Origin: Hydrogenovibrio sp. UBA650
Lineage (GTDB): Bacteria; Pseudomonadota; Gammaproteobacteria; Thiomicrospirales; Thiomicrospiraceae
DNA: 45,193 nt
Reading direction: 5' to 3'
NCBI GenBank assembly: GCA_002299245.1
Contig: DBOI01000113.1
Coordinates: 1,283 to 46,475 of the forward strand
The notes below the pieces were generated by a model. It searched no databases and was not told where the DNA came from. It saw only the letters and a program-made list of their open reading frames with translations. Numbering within the stretch: position 1 is the first letter of the stretch; each line of letters starts with the position of its first letter. The position numbers were made by a program, and so were the translations under genes. Below are positions 26,875 to 37,317 of the stretch, piece by piece.

Positions 26875-28137
26875 ATGCTAGGTGTCATCAAGACCTACTG
26901 GCCCGCTTGGGTGGTCACTGTATTGGGTATCGGAATCAGCTTTTTACAGATTCCACTAGCCTCAATTCTGATGCTGGCACTAGTTTCTTTAACCTGGACT
27001 GTCATGGTGGCAAAGATTGCCCCTTCTGAAGCTCAAGCCTCAGTACCAAGTATCGATTCTGTTTCATCTGTTGCAACGCAACCCGAATCATTGATGCAAT
27101 ACAAAAAAGCTATTCTACAAATCAAGACCGCTGATGAGTCGATGCGTAATATTTTGACTGATATGGATAGCGTTGTTAATCAAGAAGTAGACATTGTTGA
27201 AGATGAACTTAATCAGGTTAAAAACCTGGTTTCTGAAGCGATTGATACCTTAAATAATAGTTTCTCAGGATTACACCAGCAGACCCAAGCCGAATATCAG
27301 CTTGTTCTGTCATTGATTGAAAATTTAGGTGGTGGCGATGATGACAGTGGTCAGATGAGCATCGGTAAGTTCTCTGCAGAAATTAAAAGTGTACTCCAGT
27401 ATTTGATTGATTTAATTATTTTGGGTAGTGAGCGTAGCACACAAACAGTGGCAAAAATTGATGACATGGTTGGTCAGATCGAATCAATTTTCCATTTGCT
27501 GGAAGATGTTAAAGGGATTGCCGATCAAACTAACCTTTTGGCCCTAAATGCTGCAATTGAAGCGGCTCGTGCCGGTGAGGCAGGTAGAGGTTTTGCGGTG
27601 GTTGCCGATGAGGTTCGCAAACTGTCATTGAACTCAAATGAACTGAATGAACAGATTCGTGCTCAAGCGGAACACGCTAGAGTTACGGTGGATCAGGTTA
27701 GGTCGATTGTTAGTGAGACGGCTAGCAAAGATATGGAACATGCCAAATCTTCACAAACCAAAGTCGGTGCCATGTTAAATGACCTTGAAGAGATGAACGA
27801 CGGGATTTCTTCAAAGCTTGGTGACGTTTCAGGCATGATATCTGAGATTGAGGTCAGTGTTTCCAATGCCGTGCGTTCATTGCAGTTTGAAGATATTGTC
27901 AGGCAGTTGATTGAACAGGTTGTTAATCATTTGGAAAACCTAAACAACTTTACTACCGATGTCGAAGGTTTCCTGTCGGAAAATCAGCAAAATCCAGCAA
28001 AAACCGAAGAGGATTACAAGCTTCGAGTTGAAGATTTACGTGATCGAATTCATGCAAAACGCCGTGAAATTGAAGAGGGCAGAATGGCTCGAGTTAATAC
28101 AGAATCAATGGATGAAGGGGAAATAGAGCTGTTTTGA
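26875..28137 (+). CDS. Methyl-accepting chemotaxis protein, McpA/CttP-like, with C-terminal pentapeptide EIELF
   Basis: Two closely spaced N-terminal TMs, MCP tip [36 protein letters not shown], ends [10 protein letters not shown]. Confidence 0.88.
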   Translation: MLGVIKTYWPAWVVTVLGIGISFLQIPLASILMLALVSLTWTVMVAKIAPSEAQASVPSIDSVSSVATQPESLMQYKKAILQIKTADESMRNILTDMDSVVNQEVDIVEDELNQVKNLVSEAIDTLNNSFSGLHQQTQAEYQLVLSLIENLGGGDDDSGQMSIGKFSAEIKSVLQYLIDLIILGSERSTQTVAKIDDMVGQIESIFHLLEDVKGIADQTNLLALNAAIEAARAGEAGRGFAVVADEVRKLSLNSNELNEQIRAQAEHARVTVDQVRSIVSETASKDMEHAKSSQTKVGAMLNDLEEMNDGISSKLGDVSGMISEIEVSVSNAVRSLQFEDIVRQLIEQVVNHLENLNNFTTDVEGFLSENQQNPAKTEEDYKLRVEDLRDRIHAKRREIEEGRMARVNTESMDEGEIELF

Positions 28138-28193
28138 CGAGTTAAAAACTATATTAGAAATTAACTCAAGAAATAGCTGCCTTTCAATCTGGT

Positions 28194-28463
28194 TTATCGG
28201 GGTTCCATGTTGCCCATGTGAGTATTCCAAAAGCTACCAAATAACATGCTAAAGAAAATTCCGGTAGCAAACACTATATACCAATACCTTCGCATTTTGA
28301 TCTCTTGCTCGGTTTCCTCATCAGGACGATCTTTAAAAAACACGATTAAAAAGCCTACCGCAGAGATAAAACCTACAAAATTCGCCAAATAGTGAATTCC
28401 TGTTAACATTGCACTCAATCCTAAAATTAAGATAATTCCATAGGTAATCAATAGTAAACGCAT
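28194..28463 (-). CDS. Small hypothetical membrane protein (about 3 TM)
   Basis: 89-aa ORF filling an intergenic gap; three hydrophobic segments and a charged loop; AGGT upstream. Confidence 0.75.
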   Translation of the reverse strand: MRLLLITYGIILILGLSAMLTGIHYLANFVGFISAVGFLIVFFKDRPDEETEQEIKMRRYWYIVFATGIFFSMLFGSFWNTHMGNMEPR

Positions 28464-28559
28464 TTAATTTGTGACCTTGTTATTAATTTGTGCATATTGT
28501 ATTGAATTTAATCACTATAGTGGATAAAAACTTCAAGCCTATTGTCTAAGGACTGTTTT

Positions 28560-28886
28560 ATGAGTCTATATAAAGTAACGTTTTTTGTACCTGAAAGTCA
28601 TTTAGAGTCTGTAAAAATGGCGATGTTTAAATCTGGAGCTGGGCGAATAGGTGATTATGAGCAGTGTTGCTGGCAAGTCCTTGGAACCGGTCAATTTTTG
28701 CCTCGGGATGGAAGCAATGCGTTTATCGGAGAAACGAATCGACTCGAAACATTGAAGGAATATCGGGTTGAAATGGTTTGTGGTGCTGAATTCATCAAGG
28801 CCGTGATTAAAGCTCTGCTGTCTTCGCATCCATATGAAGAGCCCGCCTATGATGTGATAAAAACAGTCGATATAAATACGATTTAA
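28560..28886 (+). CDS. Stand-alone YqfO/NIF3-type PII-like domain protein
   Basis: YKVTFFVPE, GAGRIGDY..C, G.GQF.P, HPYEEPAY. AAGGA SD supports ATG 28560. Confidence 0.85.
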   Translation: MSLYKVTFFVPESHLESVKMAMFKSGAGRIGDYEQCCWQVLGTGQFLPRDGSNAFIGETNRLETLKEYRVEMVCGAEFIKAVIKALLSSHPYEEPAYDVIKTVDINTI

Positions 28887-28980
28887 AAAGAAAATTCAAT
28901 TATTTAGATTGTTTTTAGCTGGACAGTGTAATAACCATGATTTTTAAATGGTTAAATTGAAATTTTTATATTAGAAAGTG

Positions 28981-29009
28981 TTGATATAAGAGAGCGCTTA
29001 GATTAATAT
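28981..29009 (+). promoter_or_regulatory. Candidate sigma70 promoter of an intergenic transcript
   Basis: TTGATA-17 bp-TAATAT with AT-rich upstream sequence. Confidence 0.5.
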
Positions 29010-29015
29010 GACAGA

Positions 29016-29110
29016 CGTTGTTTCATTACAACACTCCTCTAAAGAGCTAAGATTGTTCCTAATTTATTATATGGAACCCCCCGCTAAGCTTGCTTATCCG
29101 GGGTTTTTTT
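29016..29110 (+). ncRNA. Candidate small RNA (about 95 nt), family unknown
   Basis: Promoter-like motif, 5' hairpin GTTGT/ACAAC, anti-SD CTCCT, AU-rich stretch, GC-rich terminator hairpin plus T7; lies between convergent genes. Confidence 0.45.
29075..29110 (+). terminator. Intrinsic terminator
   Basis: CCCCG-c-TAAG-CTTG-CTTA-tc-CGGGG followed by TTTTTTT. Confidence 0.75.
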
Positions 29111-29156
29111 ATGCCCTAAGAAAATAGGGCAAGGCTATGAAAAACTTCCGATCGAA

Positions 29157-29843
29157 TCACTCTGCTTTACTGAATTGAATCAATTCAATAGTAAAAATTA
29201 GCGTTTTATTTGGCCCAATTCGATTTCCGGCTCCGCGCTCACCGTAAGCTAGTTTAGAAGGGATCGAAACCTCCCATTTATCACCCGGTTTCATTAACTT
29301 AAGCACTTCACCCCAACCAGGAATAACACCGCCCATTTCAAACTTAAGTGGTGTACCGCGCTTATATGAACTGTCAAAGACTGTTCCATCGATAAGCTTA
29401 CCTTCGTAGTGGGCAAAAATAGTGTCATCTTCAGAAGGTGAATTTCCTTTACCAGCCGTGATAACTTTGTACTGAATTCCGCTTTTCAGTGTTTTCACGC
29501 CGGATTTTTTAGCGTTGGCGGCAAGGTATTTTTTGCCTTCCTCTTCATTGGTTTTAGCTAAAGCCAGACGTGCTTGCTGTTGCTTGGCAATAATTTGCTT
29601 TTGAACTTCAGTAAGAGCTTTTTTCATCTCATCATCAGATAGTCTGACCGAACCTGTCAAAGAGTCCTGCATACCCATACTGAATGCCTTAGGATCAATT
29701 TCCAGGCCTTGTTTTTTGAAATCTTTGGCTAAATCCAAGCCAAGCGCATAACTGGCCTTTTGTTCTGTTGATTGTAAGTTAGGATCAGCAATTGCATTGA
29801 TTGATAGTGCTAAACCCATTGATAGTATTAGTGCTTTTTTCAT
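29157..29843 (-). CDS. FKBP-type peptidyl-prolyl isomerase (FkpA/Mip family), exported
   Basis: Signal peptide (…INAIA), ASYALG dimerisation domain, HYEGKLIDGTVFDSS, VIPGW, IPSKLAYG. Confidence 0.95.
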   Translation of the reverse strand: MKKALILSMGLALSINAIADPNLQSTEQKASYALGLDLAKDFKKQGLEIDPKAFSMGMQDSLTGSVRLSDDEMKKALTEVQKQIIAKQQQARLALAKTNEEEGKKYLAANAKKSGVKTLKSGIQYKVITAGKGNSPSEDDTIFAHYEGKLIDGTVFDSSYKRGTPLKFEMGGVIPGWGEVLKLMKPGDKWEVSIPSKLAYGERGAGNRIGPNKTLIFTIELIQFSKAE

Positions 29844-29867
29844 TGAAATATTTCCACCTTAAAAAGG

Positions 29868-29904
29868 AATAAAAACCTAATGCAGCATCGCCCACATTAG
29901 GTTT
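29868..29904 (-). terminator. Probable terminator or hairpin after trxB
   Basis: 10-bp stem AAACCTAATG/CATTAGGTTT, followed by T-rich sequence on the minus strand. Confidence 0.5.
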
Positions 29905-29923
29905 GACTGTTTTAAATCAGTGA

Positions 29924-30883
<960 letters not shown>

Positions 30884-31016
30884 CTATTCTTATTGTTATC
30901 TTGTGAATTTCTTGAGAGACCTTGACTGATACTAATACTCCTACCAAGGACTCTAATATTCTGTGCTAAAATTCTAGCAGTTTTTGATAAGTAAATTTAG
31001 AGTAAATAACAGGTCT

Positions 31017-33542
31017 ATGGCCACTCAACAAACAAGCGGAATTACAACTCAGCAACGCTTTGGCTGGATATTAAAAGATGGGGTAGTACTGAGCTGCATT
31101 GGCTTGGCGTTTTTCTTATTTATTGTCCTATTTAGTTATTCCTCGGCAGATGCTGGTTTTGACTCATCCAGTAGCGCTGGTGATTACGCCAATTATGGCG
31201 GAAAAACAGGTGCCTGGATCTCTTCTATGTTGCTCTATGTTTTTGGTGTATTCGGTTTCCTAATACCATTTGGAATACTGCTCGCAGGCTGGGTAACACT
31301 AAAAATTCGTACCGGAAATGAGCTCGACTACCTACGCTTCATTCTCAGTTTATTTGGGTTGCTGTTATTGATGACATCTGGAGCAGGCCTGTCAAATCTA
31401 TATATGCAGCCCGATGCCTTAATAAGCTTGCCATACTCTGCCGGTGGGGTAATCGGCTATGAGTTGAGTACCGCTTTGGTTAATTCTGTTGATTTGCTTG
31501 GTGCAACACTGGTATTACTGGTTCTGTTTGCTCTCTCAATCAGTATGTTGAGTAGTTGTTCCTGGTTAACTATTATCGATTTTACAGGCCAGCAAGCCTG
31601 GAATTTGGGTTATAAATTTGCAGGCCTGTTTAACGATAAACTGGTCAAATCAGACAAGGTAAAAAGCACTGTTCAGAAAGTTCAGCAACAAGTCAAAAAC
31701 GGCGTAAAAAACAATCTTTCGAAAACCACGTCTTCAAACGATGCTGCCGAAGCTCGTAAACAGTGGTTAGCTAAGATTTTACCGAGTAAAAAAACTGAAG
31801 CATCACAACCAGCTACAGATATTGGATCAGTTTCACAAAACCTGTCAACAAAGAGTGTTGAACAGCAAACTGATAGTGAACCGGCGATTGATTTTAGTAA
31901 GGCCGCGGAACAGATGGCGCTCGAACAGACGGCAATCGCAACAGACAATCTAGCTGTTGATGATAACCTGCCTAAAGCAGGTGATACTTCGAACCTAAAA
32001 GTGGGCACCAAACAAATCGCTTCAACTCCTGAAGCCACTATTGTCGAAAAAGCAGAATTACCAGGCCTTGATCTGTTAGATATGCCTCCTGCCTATGATG
32101 AGGGCTTTAGCAAGGATGAATTGACAGCTCTATCAGAACTCCTCGAGCAACGCTTGTTAGAGTTCAATGTCTCTGCAAAAGTTGAATCGGTCCAGCCAGG
32201 CCCAGTTGTCACTCGTTTTGAGATTCTGCCTGCACCCGGTGTTAAGGTTAGCCAGATCAATAACCTGGCAAAAGATCTGGCACGAGTTCTATCGGTTCAA
32301 TCAGTACGCGTTGTCGATGTCATTCCAGGCAAAGCTGTGGTTGGAATTGAGATCCCAAATGAACATCGTGAAATTGTCAGCTTTAGAGAAGTATTGGCAT
32401 CTGAAGAATTTCAATCAGCTAAGTCGCCACTTACCGTGGCACTGGGTAAAGATATCTCTGGTAAAGCCGTGGTTGCGGATATTGCCAAAATGCCTCACTT
32501 GTTGGTAGCCGGTACCACCGGAGCCGGTAAGTCGGTTGGGGTCAACAGTATGATTTTGAGCCTGTTGTATAAGAGCACCGCTGAGCAGGTTCGCCTGATT
32601 ATGGTTGACCCGAAGATGCTGGAACTCTCTATCTATGAAGATATTCCGCACCTGTTGACACCTGTTGTTACCGATATGAGCGAAGCAGCGAATGCGCTGC
32701 GCTGGTGCGTGTTTGAGATGGATCGTCGCTATCAGCTAATGGCAAAAGTTGGAGTAAGAAATGTGGCTGGCTTTAATATGAAAGTTCAGCAAGCCATAGA
32801 CAAAGGCGAACCACTAATTGACCCGCTCTACGAACAGGCCGCAAACTACGGTCATGAGCTTGGCGAGAAACCGCCCACTCTAGAGCCTTTGCCCTACATT
32901 GTAGTGGTAGTTGATGAATTTGCTGACATGATTATGGTTGTGGGTAAAGAGGTTGAACAGCTCATAGCCCGAATTGCGCAAAAAGCACGAGCTGCCGGGA
33001 TTCATTTGATTTTGGCTACTCAGCGACCATCGGTTAATGTTATTACCGGTCTAATCAAGGCTAATATCCCGACCCGTATCTCGTTTATGGTTAATACCAA
33101 AATTGACTCGCGTACCATCCTTGATCAGGGCGGTGCTGAACAGCTTTTAGGAAAAGGGGATATGTTATTCCTACCTCCTGGTTCAGGTTCACCAAAACGT
33201 GTCCATGGTGCCTTTATGACTGATGACGAGGTTCACCATGTTGCCGAATTCGTAAAATCTCAAGGTCAGCCTCAGTATTTAGAAATGATTACTCAAGGTA
33301 ATCACGACGGCGATTCCGGCCCAGCGGATCCATCAGATCCCGAGCAGGATTCACTCTATGATGAAGCGGTCAATTTTGTGATTGAAGGCCGTAAGGTTTC
33401 GATCTCTTTGATTCAACGCCGCTTTAAGATTGGCTATAACCGTGCCGCCAGGATTGTTGAGGCGATGGAAGCCTCGGGAGTAGTTTCGTCTTCTGGAGCT
33501 AATGGTAATCGTGAAGTTCTTGTGCCAAAGCCGCAAGAATAA
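31017..33542 (+). CDS. ftsK: DNA translocase FtsK
   Basis: N-terminal 4TM domain, PHLLVAGTTGAGKS, DEFAD, LATQRPS, gamma domain IGYNRAARI. ATG 31017 preferred over TTG 30984. Confidence 0.98.
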   Translation: MATQQTSGITTQQRFGWILKDGVVLSCIGLAFFLFIVLFSYSSADAGFDSSSSAGDYANYGGKTGAWISSMLLYVFGVFGFLIPFGILLAGWVTLKIRTGNELDYLRFILSLFGLLLLMTSGAGLSNLYMQPDALISLPYSAGGVIGYELSTALVNSVDLLGATLVLLVLFALSISMLSSCSWLTIIDFTGQQAWNLGYKFAGLFNDKLVKSDKVKSTVQKVQQQVKNGVKNNLSKTTSSNDAAEARKQWLAKILPSKKTEASQPATDIGSVSQNLSTKSVEQQTDSEPAIDFSKAAEQMALEQTAIATDNLAVDDNLPKAGDTSNLKVGTKQIASTPEATIVEKAELPGLDLLDMPPAYDEGFSKDELTALSELLEQRLLEFNVSAKVESVQPGPVVTRFEILPAPGVKVSQINNLAKDLARVLSVQSVRVVDVIPGKAVVGIEIPNEHREIVSFREVLASEEFQSAKSPLTVALGKDISGKAVVADIAKMPHLLVAGTTGAGKSVGVNSMILSLLYKSTAEQVRLIMVDPKMLELSIYEDIPHLLTPVVTDMSEAANALRWCVFEMDRRYQLMAKVGVRNVAGFNMKVQQAIDKGEPLIDPLYEQAANYGHELGEKPPTLEPLPYIVVVVDEFADMIMVVGKEVEQLIARIAQKARAAGIHLILATQRPSVNVITGLIKANIPTRISFMVNTKIDSRTILDQGGAEQLLGKGDMLFLPPGSGSPKRVHGAFMTDDEVHHVAEFVKSQGQPQYLEMITQGNHDGDSGPADPSDPEQDSLYDEAVNFVIEGRKVSISLIQRRFKIGYNRAARIVEAMEASGVVSSSGANGNREVLVPKPQE

Positions 33543-33566
33543 ACCATAAAATTGAAAGGAAAAAAT

Positions 33567-34199
33567 GTGTTCCATTTGCTGAAAAAAATATCGATTTCGG
33601 TTCTAGTGATTGGTTTATCAAGCAGTGTTTTTGCCGCCAAGCAACTGGGTAAAGAGTTGCAGGATTACGTTAATCAGCTGAAAACTTTTGAGGCTGATTT
33701 TGTGCAAACTCAGCCTGATGAAGCACGGTTTATCACTAATACTTCAATTGGGCATTTCAAGTTAGATCGTCCAGGTAATCTAACTTGGGATTACTTCAAA
33801 CCCGATGAACAAAAGATTGTCGTTGATGGCAAAAATCTCTGGGTTTACGATCTGGATTTAGATCAGGTTACTGTGCGCCCAATAGCGGATGTAAAAGCTG
33901 ACCTGCCAATTAGCTGGCTGCTCTACAATGAGCCGATTGAAGATAACTTTACTATCATTGAGTCAAATAATTCCAGTGGCGTGAAATGGTTCAATTTAAC
34001 TCCCAAGGCAGCGACTTTTTTTCAAAGTATTGAAGTTGGTATGAAAGATGGCGAAATGCATGAAGTCTGGATGTATCAGAGTGATGACAATATCACCAAG
34101 GTGAAGTTCAGTAATATCCAGTCAAATCATGTGATTCCGTACCAGGATTTTCAGTTTAGCATGCCGGATGGCGCTGACCTGGTAGGTGAACCACTTTAA
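33567..34199 (+). CDS. lolA: Outer-membrane lipoprotein chaperone LolA (GTG start behind AAGGA)
   Basis: Signal peptide, FEADFVQ, RPG..W.Y..P..Q.IV.DG..LW.YD..L.QVT; ftsK-lolA-rarA synteny. Confidence 0.95.
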   Translation: MFHLLKKISISVLVIGLSSSVFAAKQLGKELQDYVNQLKTFEADFVQTQPDEARFITNTSIGHFKLDRPGNLTWDYFKPDEQKIVVDGKNLWVYDLDLDQVTVRPIADVKADLPISWLLYNEPIEDNFTIIESNNSSGVKWFNLTPKAATFFQSIEVGMKDGEMHEVWMYQSDDNITKVKFSNIQSNHVIPYQDFQFSMPDGADLVGEPL

Positions 34200-34258
34200 C
34201 AGCCGCTATAGGTGATGACACTACCTAAGTTTTAAATTTATTTTTTGGGTGTATATTC

Positions 34259-35602
34259 TTGAGCGTATATCAACCGCTATCTGACCGCCTTAGACCTCAA
34301 GCATTGGAAGAGTTTGTTGGCCAGACTCATCTCTTGGGAGAGAGAAGACCTCTGACTCGCATGTTAGAGTCGGGTCGCTTACACTCCATTGTATTCTGGG
34401 GGCCGCCAGGGGTCGGGAAAACTACTCTGGCAAGGTTGATTGCCAACTACTCAGATTTACAGTTTATAAGTCTCTCTGCAGTACTCGATGGCGTTAAGGA
34501 AGTTCGAGCAGCGGTTGAACAGGCTAAACTGCACCGCGAACAATTTCAACAGGGCACACTGCTGTTTGTCGATGAGGTGCACCGTTTCAACAAAGCCCAG
34601 CAAGATGCATTTTTGCCTTTTGTTGAAGATGGTACCTTTGTCTTCATTGGAGCGACAACTGAAAACCCGTCTTTTGAACTCAATAACGCATTACTGTCTC
34701 GCGCCAAGGTCTATGTTTTAAAAGTACTTGAAAATGATGAGCTGGAGCAGGTTTTAAGGCGCGGCGCTCAATTGTTAGCGGATGACTTAAGCATTGAAGC
34801 ATCCGTTAATGTCGAGATTGAAGACAGGGCATCTGAGTTGCTTGTTGAAGCGGCAGATGGCGATGCTCGCAGACTGTTAAACAGTCTGGAGCAGGCGATG
34901 GACTCTGCTGAGTATGAGGTAAAGGATGATCTATCAGGCCTGGTAAAACTCACCGTTGAACATTGCAAAGATGTGCTTCAGGGCGGTGTGCGCCGCTTTG
35001 ATAAAGGTGGTGAGGCCTTTTATGATCAAATATCTGCACTGCATAAATCGGTGCGCGGTTCAGACCCGGATGCGACTCTGTACTGGTTGGTCAGGATGCT
35101 GGACGGCGGTGCAGACCCTAGATATTTAGCCAGGCGTTTAGTTCGCATGGCGAGTGAAGATATCGGCAATGCTGACTTAAAAGCGCTGCAAATCACTATT
35201 AATGCAGCAGAAGCCTACGAAAGACTGGGGTCACCAGAAGGCGATTTAGCTCTTGCACAGGCGGCGGTTTACTTGGCGGTAGCGCCAAAATCCAATGCCG
35301 CCTATATGGCCTACAAAGCCGTGTTAGCAGACATTAAAGAGCATGGCTCTTATGAGGTACCTTTGCATCTTCGCAATGCGCCGACTAAATTAATGGCTGA
35401 ACTGGATTATGGCAAAGGTTATCGCTATGCCCACGATGAGCCGGAAGCCTTTGCTGCGGGTGAGTCTTACTTCCCTGAAGAGATGGATGAACGAGATTAC
35501 TACCAGCCAGTGGATCGCGGTCTGGAGATTAAGATCGCAGCCAAAATGACTCACTTGCGGGAGTTAAATCAGAATGCGATCCATAAACGACGAAAAGGTT
35601 GA
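34259..35602 (+). CDS. rarA: Replication-associated recombination protein RarA/MgsA (TTG start)
   Basis: [43 protein letters not shown]. Confidence 0.97.
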   Translation: MSVYQPLSDRLRPQALEEFVGQTHLLGERRPLTRMLESGRLHSIVFWGPPGVGKTTLARLIANYSDLQFISLSAVLDGVKEVRAAVEQAKLHREQFQQGTLLFVDEVHRFNKAQQDAFLPFVEDGTFVFIGATTENPSFELNNALLSRAKVYVLKVLENDELEQVLRRGAQLLADDLSIEASVNVEIEDRASELLVEAADGDARRLLNSLEQAMDSAEYEVKDDLSGLVKLTVEHCKDVLQGGVRRFDKGGEAFYDQISALHKSVRGSDPDATLYWLVRMLDGGADPRYLARRLVRMASEDIGNADLKALQITINAAEAYERLGSPEGDLALAQAAVYLAVAPKSNAAYMAYKAVLADIKEHGSYEVPLHLRNAPTKLMAELDYGKGYRYAHDEPEAFAAGESYFPEEMDERDYYQPVDRGLEIKIAAKMTHLRELNQNAIHKRRKG

Positions 35603-35608
35603 TAACAA

Positions 35609-35992
35609 ATGATTTCCACATGGGGTTGGATAGCAATTGCTGTTGGTGGAGCCTTAGGTGCTGTTGGACGTTTTGCAATGTCACATCAGGTCTATCAGCT
35701 GTTTGGTCGTGATTTTGCCTGGGGAACTCTGTCTGTCAATGTAATAGGCTCATTTTTTATGGGGTTGATTGCAGTGCTATTGGTTGATAAATTGGATCTT
35801 TCCAGCGAGTGGCGTGCGTTTCTAATGGTTGGTTTTCTGGGGGCATTTACTACCTTTTCAACCTTCAGTTACGAGACTATGCAGTACATCCAAATAGGCG
35901 AGATCACCAAGGCACTATTGAATATCGCGGTAAGTGTGGTCAGCTGTTTAATAGCGGTTTGGATTGGAATGTTAGTGGCAAAACAAATTTAA
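35609..35992 (+). CDS. crcB: Fluoride efflux channel Fluc/CrcB
   Basis: GGALGA..R, GTL.VN..G, GFLGAFTTFSTF. Confidence 0.96.
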   Translation: MISTWGWIAIAVGGALGAVGRFAMSHQVYQLFGRDFAWGTLSVNVIGSFFMGLIAVLLVDKLDLSSEWRAFLMVGFLGAFTTFSTFSYETMQYIQIGEITKALLNIAVSVVSCLIAVWIGMLVAKQI

Positions 35993-36000
35993 GGATTAAT

Positions 36001-37125
36001 ATGAGTTCAAATGACTGTTCTCTTCAGCGCACCGCGCTCTATGATCTTCACATAGAAGCAGGGGCGAAAATGGTACCTTTTGCAGGCTATGATATGCCAG
36101 TTCAGTACCCATTGGGTATTAAAAAAGAGCATCTTCATAGCAGAGAAAAAGCAGGCCTGTTTGACGTTTCTCATATGGGACAGGTGGTTTTAAAAGGTCA
36201 AAGAGCGGCACGCGCACTGGAGCGTTTAGTGCCGGTGGATATTGTTGATTTGGGAGAGATGTGCCAACGCTATGCTCTGTTTACCAATGAGCAGGGTGGA
36301 GTGATGGATGACCTAATGGTTACCAATACTGGCGAGCAGCTGTTTTTAGTCGTGAATGCAGCCTGTAAAGAGCAGGATATTGAACATTTAAAAACTCACT
36401 TGGCGGATCAGTGCGAGATTGAAGTGCTTGAAGATAGAGCACTATTAGCCCTCCAAGGCCCTAAAGCGGGTGAAGTTTTTGCCAAGTTGGCACCGGAGTC
36501 TGCCGATATGGTGTTTATGACTGCTAAGAACCTGTCAATTAATGGTATAGACTGTTTTGTGACTCGTTCGGGTTATACCGGTGAAGACGGTTTTGAAATT
36601 TCTGTAGCCAATCACCAAGCAGAAGAATTAGCTAAAATCTTGCTAGCAGATAACGATGTTGAGTGGATCGGTTTAGGTGCACGTGATTCACTGCGTTTGG
36701 AAGCAGGGTTATGCCTCTACGGTAATGATTTGAATAATGAAATCTCTCCGGTAGAAGCCAGTTTGATGTGGGCCTTATCTAAACCTCGTCGTGCCGATGG
36801 TGAGCGTCCAGGAGGTTATATTGGCGCTGATGTAATTATGCAGCAGATGCAAGAAGGCGTGACTCGCAAACGCGTTGGAATTAAAGCATTGGGTAAAATG
36901 CCGGTGCGCGATGGCGTTGAACTGGTTGATGAGAATGACACGGTTGTTGGTAAGGTGAGCAGTGGCGGTTTTGGCCCTGCATTTGGCGGCCCGGTTGCAA
37001 TGGGATATGTTCCAACCGAAATGGCTCAAGAAGGGGTAAAATTAGATGCATTGGTTCGCGGTAAAAAAGTACCGGTTGAGGTAGTCAAGCTACCTTTCGT
37101 TAAACAGAATTACTTCCGAGGCTAA
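36001..37125 (+). CDS. gcvT: Glycine cleavage system aminomethyltransferase T
   Basis: FAGYDMPVQY, GLFDVSHMG, RSGYTGEDGFE, GLGARDSLRLEAG. AAGGA SD before ATG 36001. Confidence 0.97.
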   Translation: MSSNDCSLQRTALYDLHIEAGAKMVPFAGYDMPVQYPLGIKKEHLHSREKAGLFDVSHMGQVVLKGQRAARALERLVPVDIVDLGEMCQRYALFTNEQGGVMDDLMVTNTGEQLFLVVNAACKEQDIEHLKTHLADQCEIEVLEDRALLALQGPKAGEVFAKLAPESADMVFMTAKNLSINGIDCFVTRSGYTGEDGFEISVANHQAEELAKILLADNDVEWIGLGARDSLRLEAGLCLYGNDLNNEISPVEASLMWALSKPRRADGERPGGYIGADVIMQQMQEGVTRKRVGIKALGKMPVRDGVELVDENDTVVGKVSSGGFGPAFGGPVAMGYVPTEMAQEGVKLDALVRGKKVPVEVVKLPFVKQNYFRG

Positions 37126-37268
37126 AATCGTACTGGCAAAAACCGACTAATGGCCTGCAAACTTCGTTTTCTGCGCTTCCGGTGCTCATGTACTTCAATG
37201 TACATTCCGCTACGGTTCTCGAAAACGGAGTTTTCGTCACATTATTCAATTTTTGACAGCACGATTTA
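37123..37268. mobile_element. About 145-bp imperfect palindrome, ERIC-like/MITE-like repeat
   Basis: Terminal inverted repeats TAAAATCGTACTGGCAAAAA / TTTTTGACAGCACGATTTA, inner arms AAACTTCGTTTTC / GAAAACGGAGTTT, core GCTCATGTAC-TTCAAT-GTACATTCCGC; begins at the TA of the gcvT stop. Confidence 0.7.
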
Positions 37269-37317
37269 TTACAGAATTATTTAGAGAAAACACATTCCGT
37301 TTTTAGGAGATAGAATT

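Noticed and set aside
29008-29127. 39-codon ORF (MTDVVSLQHSSKELRLFLIYYMEPPAKLAYPGFFYALRK) over the sRNA candidate
   Set aside because: The ATG overlaps the putative -10, the SD is weak, and the ORF runs through the terminator.
35809-36000. 64-aa N-terminal extension of GcvT overlapping crcB
   Set aside because: GcvT homology and a good SD begin at ATG 36001; the extension is just an open frame over crcB.
37126-37317. Glycine riboswitch in the gcv operon
   Set aside because: Lacks the GGAGA…CCGAAG…CTCTCAGG aptamer motifs; the palindromic architecture fits a repeat element.
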